From an uncultured virus (IMG/VR IMGVR_UViG_3300011855_000001) (lineage: Duplodnaviria > Heunggongvirae > Uroviricota > Caudoviricetes), in IMG/VR virus record IMGVR_UViG_3300011855_000001, positions 62,001-95,548 of that record: a stretch of 33,548 nucleotides of DNA; one strand, written 5' to 3'. How positions within the stretch are numbered: the stretch's first letter is position 1; the number at the start of each line of letters is the position of its first letter. The notes under the pieces are model-generated. The model ran no database searches, was not told the origin of the DNA, and saw only the letters and a program-made list of their open reading frames with translations. Shown piece after piece: positions 17,787 through 27,361 of the stretch. Position numbers and translations under genes: made by a program.

Positions 17787-18280
17787 CGGCGCACGGGGTT
17801 CAGCTTTGTGAATCGGTCGCGCGGCTTCGCGTTGTCCACGATGTCCAAAACCTTTTGCGCGGCCCGCTTGACTGGATCCCCGCCCTCTCCCCGTTCTCTG
17901 AATTGTTCGCAAAGCAGCTCCTCCATGTGTTTCATAAGCAGATCACGCTGGGCTTCCAGCAGGTCGATTTTGTCTTGTTGTTTCTGGTGGCGCTGGTACG
18001 AGTGCCAGTTACCGCCTTGGCGCATACTCAGCTGGATATCCCGCACCTCATCCGGCGTCAGCACAGTCAGCGGCTGCGCCGGGGTGAGGATCATGCAGTT
18101 GTTTTCCCAGTCCATGCCGCGCATCAGGGCTTGAGCCTCGACGTGCGGGATTGGGCCCATCGTGCTGTCACGCGGGATGACAGGGATGATCAGGCGCTCA
18201 GCAGGGTGAGGGCTGCGGGAATTGCCCGCCAGTGCTTCGAGGGCTTTGGCGGCGGTAATCGGTTCAAGCGGTCGGGCCAT
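17783..18280 (-). CDS. Hypothetical phage protein
   Basis: Start set at MARPLEP (GGAG RBS). Confidence 0.7.
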   Translation of the reverse strand: MARPLEPITAAKALEALAGNSRSPHPAERLIIPVIPRDSTMGPIPHVEAQALMRGMDWENNCMILTPAQPLTVLTPDEVRDIQLSMRQGGNWHSYQRHQKQQDKIDLLEAQRDLLMKHMEELLCEQFRERGEGGDPVKRAAQKVLDIVDNAKPRDRFTKLNPVRR

Positions 18281-18647
18281 TGGGTTTCTCCGGTTGATAG
18301 ATAACTGATTCAATCCAGTGGGCATCATCCCCCATGCAGTGACATTTGCTCTCCAGCGGTTCATCCAGCCCCTCAGCCTCGCAGGAGGAGCAGGTGAACA
18401 GCTTGCGCTGGTTGCCTAACGTTGCGTGCTGCATTCTCATGGCGACGCGCATACGCTGGTTTTCTTCCTGCGTCTCTTTCAGCTCATCCAGCAGGGACTT
18501 GATACGCTCGGCGTTCCATTCCTCATCGGTCTGGTCGTACAGCTTGCACGCGCCCATGTAGTCGCCGGGGCTGTTTTTCTTGTGCTCGATGATCTCCACG
18601 GCGAGGTCATACATGCGCTGCTTGTCAGCCTGGCTGATTCTGCTCAT
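18264..18647 (-). CDS. Hypothetical phage protein (Ead-like SLLDEL coiled coil, Cys tail)
   Basis: Operon position; CxxC...CxC. Confidence 0.65.
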   Translation of the reverse strand: MSRISQADKQRMYDLAVEIIEHKKNSPGDYMGACKLYDQTDEEWNAERIKSLLDELKETQEENQRMRVAMRMQHATLGNQRKLFTCSSCEAEGLDEPLESKCHCMGDDAHWIESVIYQPEKPNGPTA

Positions 18648-19122
18648 CGGCATAGCTCCAGTACATTACGTGATTTGAGTCGAAACGAACGCCATCGAAC
18701 ACTAGTGCCACCCCCGTGGCCTTATCCTCGACGGTAGATCCCACTCCCAGATAATCATCTTTGTGATCCCAGATGCGGACGCTGCGTCCGGGCAGCGGGC
18801 GAACGACCGGGAATTTATCGCGCTTGATGGCGTCGGGCAGGTAATCCTCTCCTGTGTCACGGTGAACCAGATTTCCCCGATTGTCCGTGACATACATACC
18901 CAGCGGCAGGAACATACGCGGGAACAGGCCATGCCATTTCCCCTCGGTGATGGTCGGTTTCCCGCCAGCGAGGCGAACAGGGCCGCAGACGCTGCAAAGG
19001 CGCTTGCCTTTCAGCTCCGGCGCATAGCTCCAGTCAAACGAGCTCGGCGCGTGGTAGAACATGCCGACGCCGCAGGCTGTGTTTTCAGCGCAGCCGCAGC
19101 GCTCACATTGGAAGATGCTCAC
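18625..19122 (-). CDS. Conserved phage Zn-binding hypothetical protein
   Basis: MSIFQCERCGCAENTA...LCSVC..GKWHG.F. Confidence 0.75.
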   Translation of the reverse strand: MSIFQCERCGCAENTACGVGMFYHAPSSFDWSYAPELKGKRLCSVCGPVRLAGGKPTITEGKWHGLFPRMFLPLGMYVTDNRGNLVHRDTGEDYLPDAIKRDKFPVVRPLPGRSVRIWDHKDDYLGVGSTVEDKATGVALVFDGVRFDSNHVMYWSYADEQNQPG

Positions 19123-19403
19123 AGTAATTTCTCCAGCTTAGCCCCCTGACGGCGCTCCCACTTCCCGCGTTTCAGTTTGGAAATAGCGGAACAGGCTTCC
19201 AGCGTGCCGCTGCGAAACGGACAGTCTTTGCTATCACGGGACTTGTTAAACTCGCGCTCCATGATGCGACGGCAGGCTTTTCCGCGTGGCTCGAAGTCCT
19301 TCGCGGTGTAACGCTGATCGGCGTCGATAGGGCATTTGTTGGAACAAACAGCCTGGATAAAGTAGCTCATCACCAGCTGCTTGAGATTTGATGCTTTACT
19401 CAT
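19119..19403 (-). CDS. Hypothetical basic protein
   Basis: Start set at MSKASN, TGATG-coupled. Confidence 0.6.
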   Translation of the reverse strand: MSKASNLKQLVMSYFIQAVCSNKCPIDADQRYTAKDFEPRGKACRRIMEREFNKSRDSKDCPFRSGTLEACSAISKLKRGKWERRQGAKLEKLL

Positions 19404-19597
19404 CAGTAAACTCCCAGAATCAAAATCGGTCGCAGCTTCGCCAGCACGGCAAAGCCGATAATCAGATATGCCAGCAGCCAGCGGACATCTGCCCAGCTGA
19501 TTGAATTCCGCCCGGCGACGTGCCAGCGGTGAGCCTGCCAGACAGGCAGCGCAACAAAGCAGATGATCAGCGCCAGCATGACGCTTTGGCCTGTCAT
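19403..19597 (-). CDS. Small membrane protein
   Basis: Two hydrophobic segments; coupled overlaps. Confidence 0.6.
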   Translation of the reverse strand: MTGQSVMLALIICFVALPVWQAHRWHVAGRNSISWADVRWLLAYLIIGFAVLAKLRPILILGVY

Positions 19598-19959
19598 CGC
19601 GCTTTCTCCTCCTCCAGAATTTCCTCAATGATGCGCCCGGCTACCCAGTTGCTCAGGTTCTTGCGGGACGGAAGTCGCTTATAGCGGCCTTTGCGCCCGT
19701 TACGCTGCCCGCGCTGGGAATTCCATCGGCGCAGGGTTGGCGCGTTGATTTTGGGCGGCAGCTTGGTCGGTTGAAGGGCCAGCTGTAATGCGGCGAGATA
19801 CTGCACGCAGCTCTCATCGACGTTAGCGTCTGGGCCGATGTTAAGCCCGGTCTCGTTATTGAGCACCTTGCGCACCAGCTCCAGCGGCATGTTGGCGATG
19901 CGTGCCGCCAGCTCCGGTTGGTGCTCATTGAGCCATGCGGTCAGCAGTTGGCGGCTCAT
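19594..19959 (-). CDS. Hypothetical protein
   Basis: 121-aa ORF, GGAG RBS. Confidence 0.7.
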   Translation of the reverse strand: MSRQLLTAWLNEHQPELAARIANMPLELVRKVLNNETGLNIGPDANVDESCVQYLAALQLALQPTKLPPKINAPTLRRWNSQRGQRNGRKGRYKRLPSRKNLSNWVAGRIIEEILEEEKAR

Positions 19960-20070
19960 AAGACTACTCCAGCAGAAATGGTCATCGTTGGAATCCTTGG
20001 GTAATGTGCCGGGCGGTGTGCCCGGCCTTGATGAGACAATAGCGGATTATTTACGTCTTGTACAGCGTAA

Positions 20071-20478
20071 TTATTTGGCGCGTGTCAAAACTGCGCTGTA
20101 AGTGGTCATCGGGTGGATCTCGTAGCAGCCATTGCAGAGCAGGTGATTGTTAGTCATATGCAGGTGCCCGCAGCCATCACAGCGATAAACTGTCTGCGTC
20201 AGCGCATTGGTGCCACCCTCGCGCAGCCAGAGCGGTACGGCGGCGATCCGGTTGTGCGGCTCGCCAGCCTCCTCGCAGCACTCGTTGTGCGCCATCGCCT
20301 CATTGCGCATGTCTTCCTCGGAACCAACGCAACTCTCGGAGTAGTAAACCTTTCCGGTGTCCACGTACATCAGGCCCCACGTAAACGGCTCGCCCTTGTC
20401 GGCAGCAGTGCAGCGAGCCGCAAGCGCCTCGGCTTCCTCGGCAATGCGCTCGGCGTTGCGCAGGTGCTCGGATTTCAT
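20071..20478 (-). CDS. Hypothetical protein with C-terminal Zn ribbon
   Basis: CDGCG...CNGC; ATGA coupling. Confidence 0.7.
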   Translation of the reverse strand: MKSEHLRNAERIAEEAEALAARCTAADKGEPFTWGLMYVDTGKVYYSESCVGSEEDMRNEAMAHNECCEEAGEPHNRIAAVPLWLREGGTNALTQTVYRCDGCGHLHMTNNHLLCNGCYEIHPMTTYSAVLTRAK

Positions 20479-21818
20479 GGCTTGGCCCTCAGTTGGTTGA
20501 TAACCTCCAGCACATCCTCCAGCGCGATGTGTGAAGTGGTGTACTTCTGCGGCAGCGCCTTGAGGTTCGAGATCAGGCGATTCACCTCGATCACATCCGA
20601 CTCAGGCGCGAGGCGGCACATCACCTCAGGCAGCTTGCAGTTGATCGGCTCGCCAGCGAATAGCGGAAGGACGTACAGCCCGCCAGTCTCGTTGCAATGC
20701 TTCACCGCGTCCTCCTCGCTCCACAGGAGATAGGTCTGGTACCCGTGGACATCTACCCAGAAGCGCGGGCGTGGGCGCAGGGCTTCGGCAATGGCGCGGA
20801 TCAGGCAGATGGCGTTGTCCTCGGTCGTGTCGCCCATCAGATTCTGGATGGCGTCGTGAACATCGGGGAGGTCGCTGATCCCCTTGTAGTCCTGCCAGCT
20901 CAGGCCAGTGTTGATGGGTAGCTGCTGAGTCCGGCGCTCGATTCCATCCAGCGCGATACGCATCGCTTGGATTGCCGCTTGCCCGTCTGGCAGCGTGCCG
21001 TAACGTTCGAAACAGTCCAGGTGATTTCGCATGAATTGCGGCGTCAGGGTTTTATAAGCGTGCTCCAGCGGGCCAGTGATCGGCTTGCCGTTTTTGTACA
21101 TCACGCGGGAGTAGTAATCCTCCCATACCTCAGGCTTATCAGGATCAGCCGCTTTCTTGGGCTGGTTGTAGGCGTAGTGCTTGAGCAGCCCGATGGTTGT
21201 GGGGGCAGCGTGAGCAGGGTGATTAATCGCCCCCAGAGCAGCGCCCAGCAATCCACGCGGGATAACAATCGGGTCGTTGTCATCCTCCAGAGACTGCACA
21301 GCAGAGGCGATCACCTTCTCGTCAGCCTCAGTCTCAGGGCGCGATGTCTTCCAGCCGTGATAGTGCATAAACGCGGCATAGGCCATCACATCGCGCGGGT
21401 CGCCTTTCTGGATGTGGTGCATCATATCGGCGCGGCAATAGTCCTCCCAGTCGTTGCGCATCCAGCCTACCGGGTCGGCCTTGCGCTTGTTCTGCGCGGC
21501 GAGCAGCTTATTGCCCAGCGCCTGCGCGGTATCGACGATCAGATACTGCGTCGAGCGGGCCAGCCCATCAGGCAGTTTGACGGTGAAGTGCTCCATGCCA
21601 TCCGGCCCCATGGCTGGCTCGGCTTTGCGGTTGGCATCGCGCAGCTGGTCGATCAGCTTACGGATCAGCTCAGGATAGCCGCCCGGCGCGATCTGGAATA
21701 CGACTTCATCCAGCGCAAAGGTCTCGTCTTTGTAGGCATCCTCGCGCTTCTCCTCGGTTTCAGCTGATACAGCCTGCTGGTACAGGTCAGCCAGTTGTTG
21801 CTCGGTGTAGGTGCTCAT
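20475..21818 (-). CDS. Mosaic phage protein (447 aa)
   Basis: Contains the GW..DW...C...MMHHI.KGDPRDV..YAAFM.YHGW module seen in enterobacterial phage mosaic proteins. Confidence 0.8.
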   Translation of the reverse strand: MSTYTEQQLADLYQQAVSAETEEKREDAYKDETFALDEVVFQIAPGGYPELIRKLIDQLRDANRKAEPAMGPDGMEHFTVKLPDGLARSTQYLIVDTAQALGNKLLAAQNKRKADPVGWMRNDWEDYCRADMMHHIQKGDPRDVMAYAAFMHYHGWKTSRPETEADEKVIASAVQSLEDDNDPIVIPRGLLGAALGAINHPAHAAPTTIGLLKHYAYNQPKKAADPDKPEVWEDYYSRVMYKNGKPITGPLEHAYKTLTPQFMRNHLDCFERYGTLPDGQAAIQAMRIALDGIERRTQQLPINTGLSWQDYKGISDLPDVHDAIQNLMGDTTEDNAICLIRAIAEALRPRPRFWVDVHGYQTYLLWSEEDAVKHCNETGGLYVLPLFAGEPINCKLPEVMCRLAPESDVIEVNRLISNLKALPQKYTTSHIALEDVLEVINQLRAKP

Positions 21819-22123
21819 TCGGTTCGATCCTTGGTCAGTTTGAGAATCATCAGCCCGGTATCGGTCAGACCAACGTAGTAGAACTTGGTCGGCTCTTGGC
21901 CCCGGTCGATGTTGAACTTAATCAGGCCCAGCCGGAACAGCACGGGGATGCTGGGCGCATTGATTGGCGTCGTGGTGCGGAATACATACCCGCGACGATT
22001 GCCAAAGTCGGGGCGGTTCTCAATCCCCTTCTTGCGGTCGCCGCGCAGGCTATACCGGGTGCCGGACGCCATGCGGCGCAGGGTGTAAACCTGCGCCATG
22101 GTCAGCTTTGGAGGCTTAACCAT
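21815..22123 (-). CDS. Hypothetical basic protein (possible winged helix)
   Basis: Start set at MVKPPK; L..LGLI...Y..LT..G ending. Confidence 0.65.
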   Translation of the reverse strand: MVKPPKLTMAQVYTLRRMASGTRYSLRGDRKKGIENRPDFGNRRGYVFRTTTPINAPSIPVLFRLGLIKFNIDRGQEPTKFYYVGLTDTGLMILKLTKDRTE

Positions 22124-23741
22124 TGGTCTTCTCTTTCGCGTAGATAGCGTTGATATGCGACTGCACAAGCGCACGGATAGCCGCCATGACAGGAACAGGC
22201 GGACGGTTCAGCTTATCGCCGCACAGGTCATCAATCGCGCCGATGATAGCCCGGTCGGCGTTGCGCTCGGTCATCACGGTGCGCAGCAGCTCGTCATGTT
22301 TGTGCTGGGCAACGGACAGGCCCTTGAGGAACGTGTACAGCTCAGTCACGTTTTCGCGCCAGTCGTCTTTGACTTCCAGCTCATAGTTGCCGATCAGCGT
22401 GGCGATTGCGTTGCGCGGCGCGTAGAACTTTTCTTCCAGACGGTCAGCCAGCGCATCCCATGGGAAATGGGCGTAAGGCTCGGCGTCTGTAGCCATCAGG
22501 TCGCTTTCGGTCAGTTGGCAGATGCGGTCATGCAGGATCATCGCGCCGCCGCGATAGCGGGTCATGGTGTCCACATAGTCGCGGATGCCGATCAGCAGCT
22601 CAGGCAGTGACGGCAGCATGGACGGGCTGGACGGTTCGATCATGCAGAGCGCCATCACTTCGCGCTTGAATGGGTCAAGTGTAGTCTGCGATGACCGGAC
22701 GCTGGTCAGGTCGTTAGCCAGCTTGGTGACGAGTGCCGGAAGCTCTTTCGGTTCAGCGGTCACGCCCAGCACGCGCTGAATGTCTTTGAGGTAGCGGTAC
22801 GCCTCGTCACGGTCGCCGCGTGCGGTAGCCAGCTCCTGATCGGCCTTAGCCAGCTGGCCTGCGGTCTCTTTGTTGGCGTCGCGGGACTGTCTCAGATTGT
22901 CGAACAGCTCCGCCGTAATGGCTGGCAGGTCGCCGTATTCATAATCCGGGTCAACCTCCAGCGAGGTGCGGATGTCGTGCAGGATGGTTTTATAGTCAGC
23001 CAGCTCCACGGTGGCATTTGCCAGCGCATTGGTGCGCTCGGTAAGCAGGTCGGCGTTCTCTTTGAAGTTGCGGACGTATACCAGCAGGCCGCTTGGTTCA
23101 GCATGAGGCGTGCCAGTAATACTGCGCAGCTCGTTGATGATTTTGGCGTGCTCGCTGGCAATCTTGGCGCTTTCGTCAGCTTTGACCTTAACCGCCATGA
23201 CAGCAGCCACCGGGCCGCTGCTGGTCGGGATCATGAAGTGCTCGCGCAGCTGGCTGATTGCTTCGCTGTGCTCATTCAGTGCGTGATCTGCCTGGCTGAA
23301 TTTGGCTTGCAGCGCCGCGTGCTCATCCACGACTACGCTGGCAATCATCTGCGGATCGGATGACTTGATGCCGAACTTTTTGCCGATGACGTTAAGCGCA
23401 GCACGCAGCGAGTCGCAGGTGTTGCTCAGGTCTTTCTCGCGGTCGGTCATTTCAGCAGGGGCTACGGCTTCGCTGAATGTTTGCAGCTTGAGTTGAGCGC
23501 CTTTGATAAACAGGTCTTCGGTGTCGATGTGCGCAGCCATGTTCAGCAGTGCGCAGACGCGCCGGGCGATCACTTCCTCAGACGGTGGCACGCCGCTGTT
23601 TTCTGGGATGGTGATGATTGACTCGATGGTATCACCGCCGCCCTGTGCATGGGGCATACGGATAGCGATGTCGTGGGTACCGCCGATGAGGCGCGTGGTG
23701 AACATCGGGGCAGATGGGTCGGGTTTGATAAGCATTGCCAT
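22116..23741 (-). CDS. Long coiled-coil protein (541 aa)
   Basis: Repeating helical segments; AGGAG RBS. Confidence 0.8.
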   Translation of the reverse strand: MAMLIKPDPSAPMFTTRLIGGTHDIAIRMPHAQGGGDTIESIITIPENSGVPPSEEVIARRVCALLNMAAHIDTEDLFIKGAQLKLQTFSEAVAPAEMTDREKDLSNTCDSLRAALNVIGKKFGIKSSDPQMIASVVVDEHAALQAKFSQADHALNEHSEAISQLREHFMIPTSSGPVAAVMAVKVKADESAKIASEHAKIINELRSITGTPHAEPSGLLVYVRNFKENADLLTERTNALANATVELADYKTILHDIRTSLEVDPDYEYGDLPAITAELFDNLRQSRDANKETAGQLAKADQELATARGDRDEAYRYLKDIQRVLGVTAEPKELPALVTKLANDLTSVRSSQTTLDPFKREVMALCMIEPSSPSMLPSLPELLIGIRDYVDTMTRYRGGAMILHDRICQLTESDLMATDAEPYAHFPWDALADRLEEKFYAPRNAIATLIGNYELEVKDDWRENVTELYTFLKGLSVAQHKHDELLRTVMTERNADRAIIGAIDDLCGDKLNRPPVPVMAAIRALVQSHINAIYAKEKTNG

Positions 23742-23824
23742 GATGGGCTCCTTTTGAATGAGCCCCCACGATACAGCGTCTTACGGTTAATCGCAACGCA
23801 TTTTTGCGGCAATCAGGACGTAAG

Positions 23825-24166
23825 TCACTTCGGCAGCTCGGTGGCCACAATCTCAGCCGGGAAGTCAGGCGACGGGTGCGGATTCACCACGCAGCGGATC
23901 CCCATGTTAACCGGGGCGGCTGATTTGGCACGGTTGCGGGGCTTGCCCATGATACCGCAGCAGCAGAGCACGCTGGCGTCGCGTCCGTATGCCACAGCGC
24001 CGCAGTGTGTGCAGCGGTAGTTCCGGTCTTTTTCCTCTCCCTCAGAGCTCACGATGCGCCCAAAGCACTTCTTGCAGATGTGGGGTTCAAGCGCCCACAG
24101 GTCGGAGGTCTTTTTTTTATGTTGCGAGTCGGTTAGTGGCTCGCTGTTTTTGGTTGATGCGCACAT
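23825..24166 (-). CDS. Cys-rich putative Zn-binding protein
   Basis: HICKKCFGR..CTHCG..LCCCG; TAATG-coupled. Confidence 0.7.
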   Translation of the reverse strand: MCASTKNSEPLTDSQHKKKTSDLWALEPHICKKCFGRIVSSEGEEKDRNYRCTHCGAVAYGRDASVLCCCGIMGKPRNRAKSAAPVNMGIRCVVNPHPSPDFPAEIVATELPK

Positions 24167-24711
24167 TAAAACAATTCTCCTTGCACTGGTACGACTCCGT
24201 AGCCATCTGGTCTGACCACTCGAAGCCCAAAATATACCTGCCGCGTGTTGTCCCGTAGTGCGCCAATAATCAGCTCATCGACTGACACAGCGCGTTGCTT
24301 ACGAACCGTCACCACGTTCCCCCCGGTCATGACCGTAACGGCATGAGGCACCAGAGGTGGATGGTTGAGGGGCTTGCGACCACGGGCATTCTTGCCGATG
24401 ACGCATTCCCTCTCACGGTTCCAGCAGCTAACGCAGATGTCGTGCCCGATGAGCCTGAGGCCAGTACGTTGACAGCGGGAGCAGATGGGGATTCCGCACA
24501 GTGAAGACTGGGCAATATCACCCTCCCCGGCGTGATGGGCACCGATGGGGCATGATTTGCACAGCTGGGAGCATTCAGGAGACTTGTTGTTATTGGTTTG
24601 AGTCCAAAGGGCGGCACAGGACGCTACCTGCAATGAGGCGCTGCGTCTGGTGCAATGAAACATCGGTTTACCGGGTAGTTCCGGCACTGTGAAGTATTCG
24701 ATTGGCTCCAT
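24166..24711 (-). CDS. Cys-rich putative Zn-finger protein
   Basis: CxxxC, CxxC..HAG, CxRC, ICVSCWNR; ends QGELF (clamp-motif-like). Confidence 0.75.
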   Translation of the reverse strand: MEPIEYFTVPELPGKPMFHCTRRSASLQVASCAALWTQTNNNKSPECSQLCKSCPIGAHHAGEGDIAQSSLCGIPICSRCQRTGLRLIGHDICVSCWNRERECVIGKNARGRKPLNHPPLVPHAVTVMTGGNVVTVRKQRAVSVDELIIGALRDNTRQVYFGLRVVRPDGYGVVPVQGELF

Positions 24712-24786
24712 GAGAAAAATCTCACCCGTTCGGCTTAGTCGAGCAGAGTATAACGCTTTTTTGCGGTGACTCCAGTAAATCGCTAA

Positions 24787-25154
24787 CCGTTCCAGCGTTC
24801 CGTGGCTGCGGAACGGTCTGCGGAACGGTTTTTACCCCCTAAAATGGCACCACAAATAATAAATAATAATAATAATATCAATAGATTAGTAAGTAGTAGT
24901 AGTAAGTAGTATATGTCACCGTTCCACCGTTCCGCACTTTGCGGTGTCATATACATAGCGCAAGGAAATGTCGATTATTCTGTAATGTATCTATTACTAT
25001 CATATTCATTACACTGTATGTCTGTTTCTTTATTCCTATATATCTCTCGCGCCAAAATAGCGGAACGGTGGAACGGTAGCGCTTTTCTTATGGTTATCAA
25101 ATAGATAACCGTTCCGCTACCCGTTCCGCAGTGTTCCACCGTTCCACGGAACGG
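24787..25154. repeat. Iteron cluster with AT-rich core: putative replication origin
   Basis: 11 perfect CCGTTCC/GGAACGG copies in both orientations; perfect 18-bp inverted repeat (24918-24935, 25060-25077) around an AT-rich stretch; largest non-coding gap in the window. Confidence 0.75.
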
Positions 25155-25166
25155 CTGCGAGTGGAC

Positions 25167-25192
25167 AAAAAAAAGCCAGCTATGCGCTGGCT
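25167..25192 (-). terminator. Intrinsic terminator insulating the origin
   Basis: AGCCAGC/GCTGGCT stem plus T8. Confidence 0.8.
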
Positions 25193-25217
25193 GATTTATT
25201 ACGGTGTAATTAATTCG

Positions 25218-25643
25218 TTAGAAATATCCATCAGCATCAGGGCGGACGGCGAGGCGGATTTTTTCGAGGGCGTCGGTGGCGATGTGTAACTGATTAATTA
25301 CGTCATCACGAATCTCTTTCACCTTACCCGGCTGCACATCATCCATCATGCTGAACATGGCGAAAGCGCCGCGCACAAATTTATCGGTGTAACCCTTCTC
25401 GTCTTTATCCAGCGGAATGGACTTATTGAGCGCCGTCACGGTGCGCTCAAAGTCCTCATAAATATCAGCGCGTGGCGTTTCAGGTGCCGGAATGGGGCGG
25501 GAGCTCGTCACCAGTTTGCCGCCAATGATCTCGGCGTCGCCATTAATCCACTGGTGAACCTGCGGGGCGTGGACGCCCATAGCGGTGGCGAAAGCGGTCT
25601 TATTGCCCGCGTAATACAGCTCAATATAGGTGACTAATTTCAT
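25218..25643 (-). CDS. Protein with N-terminal Cro-like HTH
   Basis: YYAGNKTAFATAMGVHAPQVHQWING. Confidence 0.7.
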   Translation of the reverse strand: MKLVTYIELYYAGNKTAFATAMGVHAPQVHQWINGDAEIIGGKLVTSSRPIPAPETPRADIYEDFERTVTALNKSIPLDKDEKGYTDKFVRGAFAMFSMMDDVQPGKVKEIRDDVINQLHIATDALEKIRLAVRPDADGYF

Positions 25644-25644
25644 T

Positions 25645-25845
25645 TCACTTCCTCAGAATAAACGCCCGGAACACGGGCCAAAACAGAATGTCGAACAGCA
25701 GCCAGAACAGGGCCAGCCCCACACCCAGCCACCACAGATCGCGCTGCTGGCTGGCATCGAAAATCATAAACGCCGGGATAAAGAGCAGTCCGAAGCAAAT
25801 CAGCACGCTCAGCAGCTCACAGGCGCGGTTGATACGGGCCATCAT
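25645..25845 (-). CDS. Small two-TM membrane protein
   Basis: Two hydrophobic helices. Confidence 0.65.
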   Translation of the reverse strand: MMARINRACELLSVLICFGLLFIPAFMIFDASQQRDLWWLGVGLALFWLLFDILFWPVFRAFILRK

Positions 25846-26243
25846 CCGAATTTACTCCCCGTGTATTCGCTGCCCGGAGGCAGAATTGTGCATTCCTCCG
25901 TCTTGTAGCTATGCACGCTGCGGTCGTAATGCGGAATGCTGGCGGTCAGCTTGGCGCACTCGCGCTCGGCGTCGGCGGGATCCGTGAACACTGCCAGCAG
26001 GGTGTCGCACGCATCGTCATTACCGTAGTCCGTGTGGAAATATAGCGCGGTGGCCGGAATGACTTCTGCCATGATTGCCGGGCGTGCAGCCGCCAGAAGG
26101 CGCAGGCAATCCGGGCAGGTCACTTCACCTTCTTCCACCTCATGCTTGGCGCGGAATGACTTCCAGCCGCACAGGGTCACAGTAGTGCCCATTCCCTCGG
26201 TGTAGAGGTGATTGAGGTCGTTGGTCATCTGGATGACTTTCAT
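25842..26243 (-). CDS. Hypothetical phage protein
   Basis: H...TLCG...VTCPDC Zn-like motif; ATGA coupling. Confidence 0.7.
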   Translation of the reverse strand: MKVIQMTNDLNHLYTEGMGTTVTLCGWKSFRAKHEVEEGEVTCPDCLRLLAAARPAIMAEVIPATALYFHTDYGNDDACDTLLAVFTDPADAERECAKLTASIPHYDRSVHSYKTEECTILPPGSEYTGSKFG

Positions 26244-26458
26244 GATTTCATGCCTTTCAGGTTATCGCGCAGGCCAAGAGCAGCACCCAGCGTCAGACCA
26301 AACAGGACGGCGAACAGAGCGCCGACCATTACCATTCCCGGCGCGGAATCGCTGCCATCGTACCCGGTAGCGCCTACCCAGAAGCCGCCCATAGCCAGCA
26401 CCGCAAACAACGCAGTAAAGAAGCGGGCCATGCTGTAAAGCTCACGAATTCTTTCCAC
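26240..26458 (-). CDS. Small two-TM membrane protein
   Basis: GTG start after AGGAG; two hydrophobic helices. Confidence 0.65.
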   Translation of the reverse strand: MERIRELYSMARFFTALFAVLAMGGFWVGATGYDGSDSAPGMVMVGALFAVLFGLTLGAALGLRDNLKGMKS

Positions 26459-26459
26459 G

Positions 26460-27080
26460 TTATTCTCCTTTATAAAACTCGTTAATCACATCAATTTTGC
26501 AGTGCTGCTCTACCTCGCGCAGCTGCTGCTTGTAGCGTGCAGGCATCCCGTCTTTCATGCGGTGCCATTTCAGGTCGGTGAGCAGGCTGTACCACTGCCC
26601 GCCGCACTCGACGAATTGCCCGGCATCGCACGCATAGCGGGTGCCTTCAATCAGGTAATACTGCGGCGTTTTCTCGCCTTTCGCCGGGTCGCCCAGCTTG
26701 GTGGCCCGTGCAGGCGATTTGCCGTAGCCTACCGCCGCAATGCAGCGTCGGGTCAGGTGCTCAGCGGCAGGATACCAGTACCCGTCATCGTGCAGTTTCA
26801 GCGGGTGCGCCTCAGAGTCATCCGGGATCAGGAAGGCATCACCGTGATAGTTGTACATCGTGCCGAAAACGGCAGGCTTGGTCGGCTCACGGTCGGCAAT
26901 GAAGCGCTTAACCTTGAAGCCTTCCATCACGTCAGGCGTAACACCGTGGCGTGCGCAGATGTCAGCCAGTGCGGCCTCAGCCTCAGCGCGGAATGATTCA
27001 AACGCGGCATCCGGCAGGCGTACCATTGTCCAGTCGATAGCCTCAGCAGCCGGGCCAGTGAGCAGGGTGTATTTGGACAT
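26460..27080 (-). CDS. Hypothetical phage protein
   Basis: 206-aa ORF, AGGAGG RBS. Confidence 0.8.
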   Translation of the reverse strand: MSKYTLLTGPAAEAIDWTMVRLPDAAFESFRAEAEAALADICARHGVTPDVMEGFKVKRFIADREPTKPAVFGTMYNYHGDAFLIPDDSEAHPLKLHDDGYWYPAAEHLTRRCIAAVGYGKSPARATKLGDPAKGEKTPQYYLIEGTRYACDAGQFVECGGQWYSLLTDLKWHRMKDGMPARYKQQLREVEQHCKIDVINEFYKGE

Positions 27081-27082
27081 AA

Positions 27083-27361
27083 TTAAAATCCTCCTGGTGC
27101 ATTAGCAACGCGTTTCAGATGGTCGCGGTATTGCGCTTTGGTTTCGGTCATCAGCTCAGCCGGAACCTTACGGATCAGGGTGAATTGCTCGCCTGCGAGG
27201 TTATAGCAGATGAAGCCGATCCCGTGGGAGCCGTCGCCAAACTGGCGACCGGACACGCGAACATTGATAGCCCCAGAGCCTTTCCCATTGGTGGCTTGCG
27301 CCACCGCTTTTTTGAGGATATCAGCGAAGGCTTGCGCCTCCGCACCTGATAAAGTTTTCAT
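27083..27361 (-). CDS. Hypothetical protein
   Basis: TAATG-coupled 92-aa ORF. Confidence 0.7.
   Translation of the reverse strand: MKTLSGAEAQAFADILKKAVAQATNGKGSGAINVRVSGRQFGDGSHGIGFICYNLAGEQFTLIRKVPAELMTETKAQYRDHLKRVANAPGGF

Noticed and set aside
24913..25104. 63-aa ORF inside the iteron region
   Set aside because: No RBS, atypical composition, and it lies within the inverted-repeat origin-like structure.
24787..25154. Second guide array, or MITE/IS ends
   Set aside because: Heptamers are irregularly spaced in both orientations; no transposase or target-site duplication.
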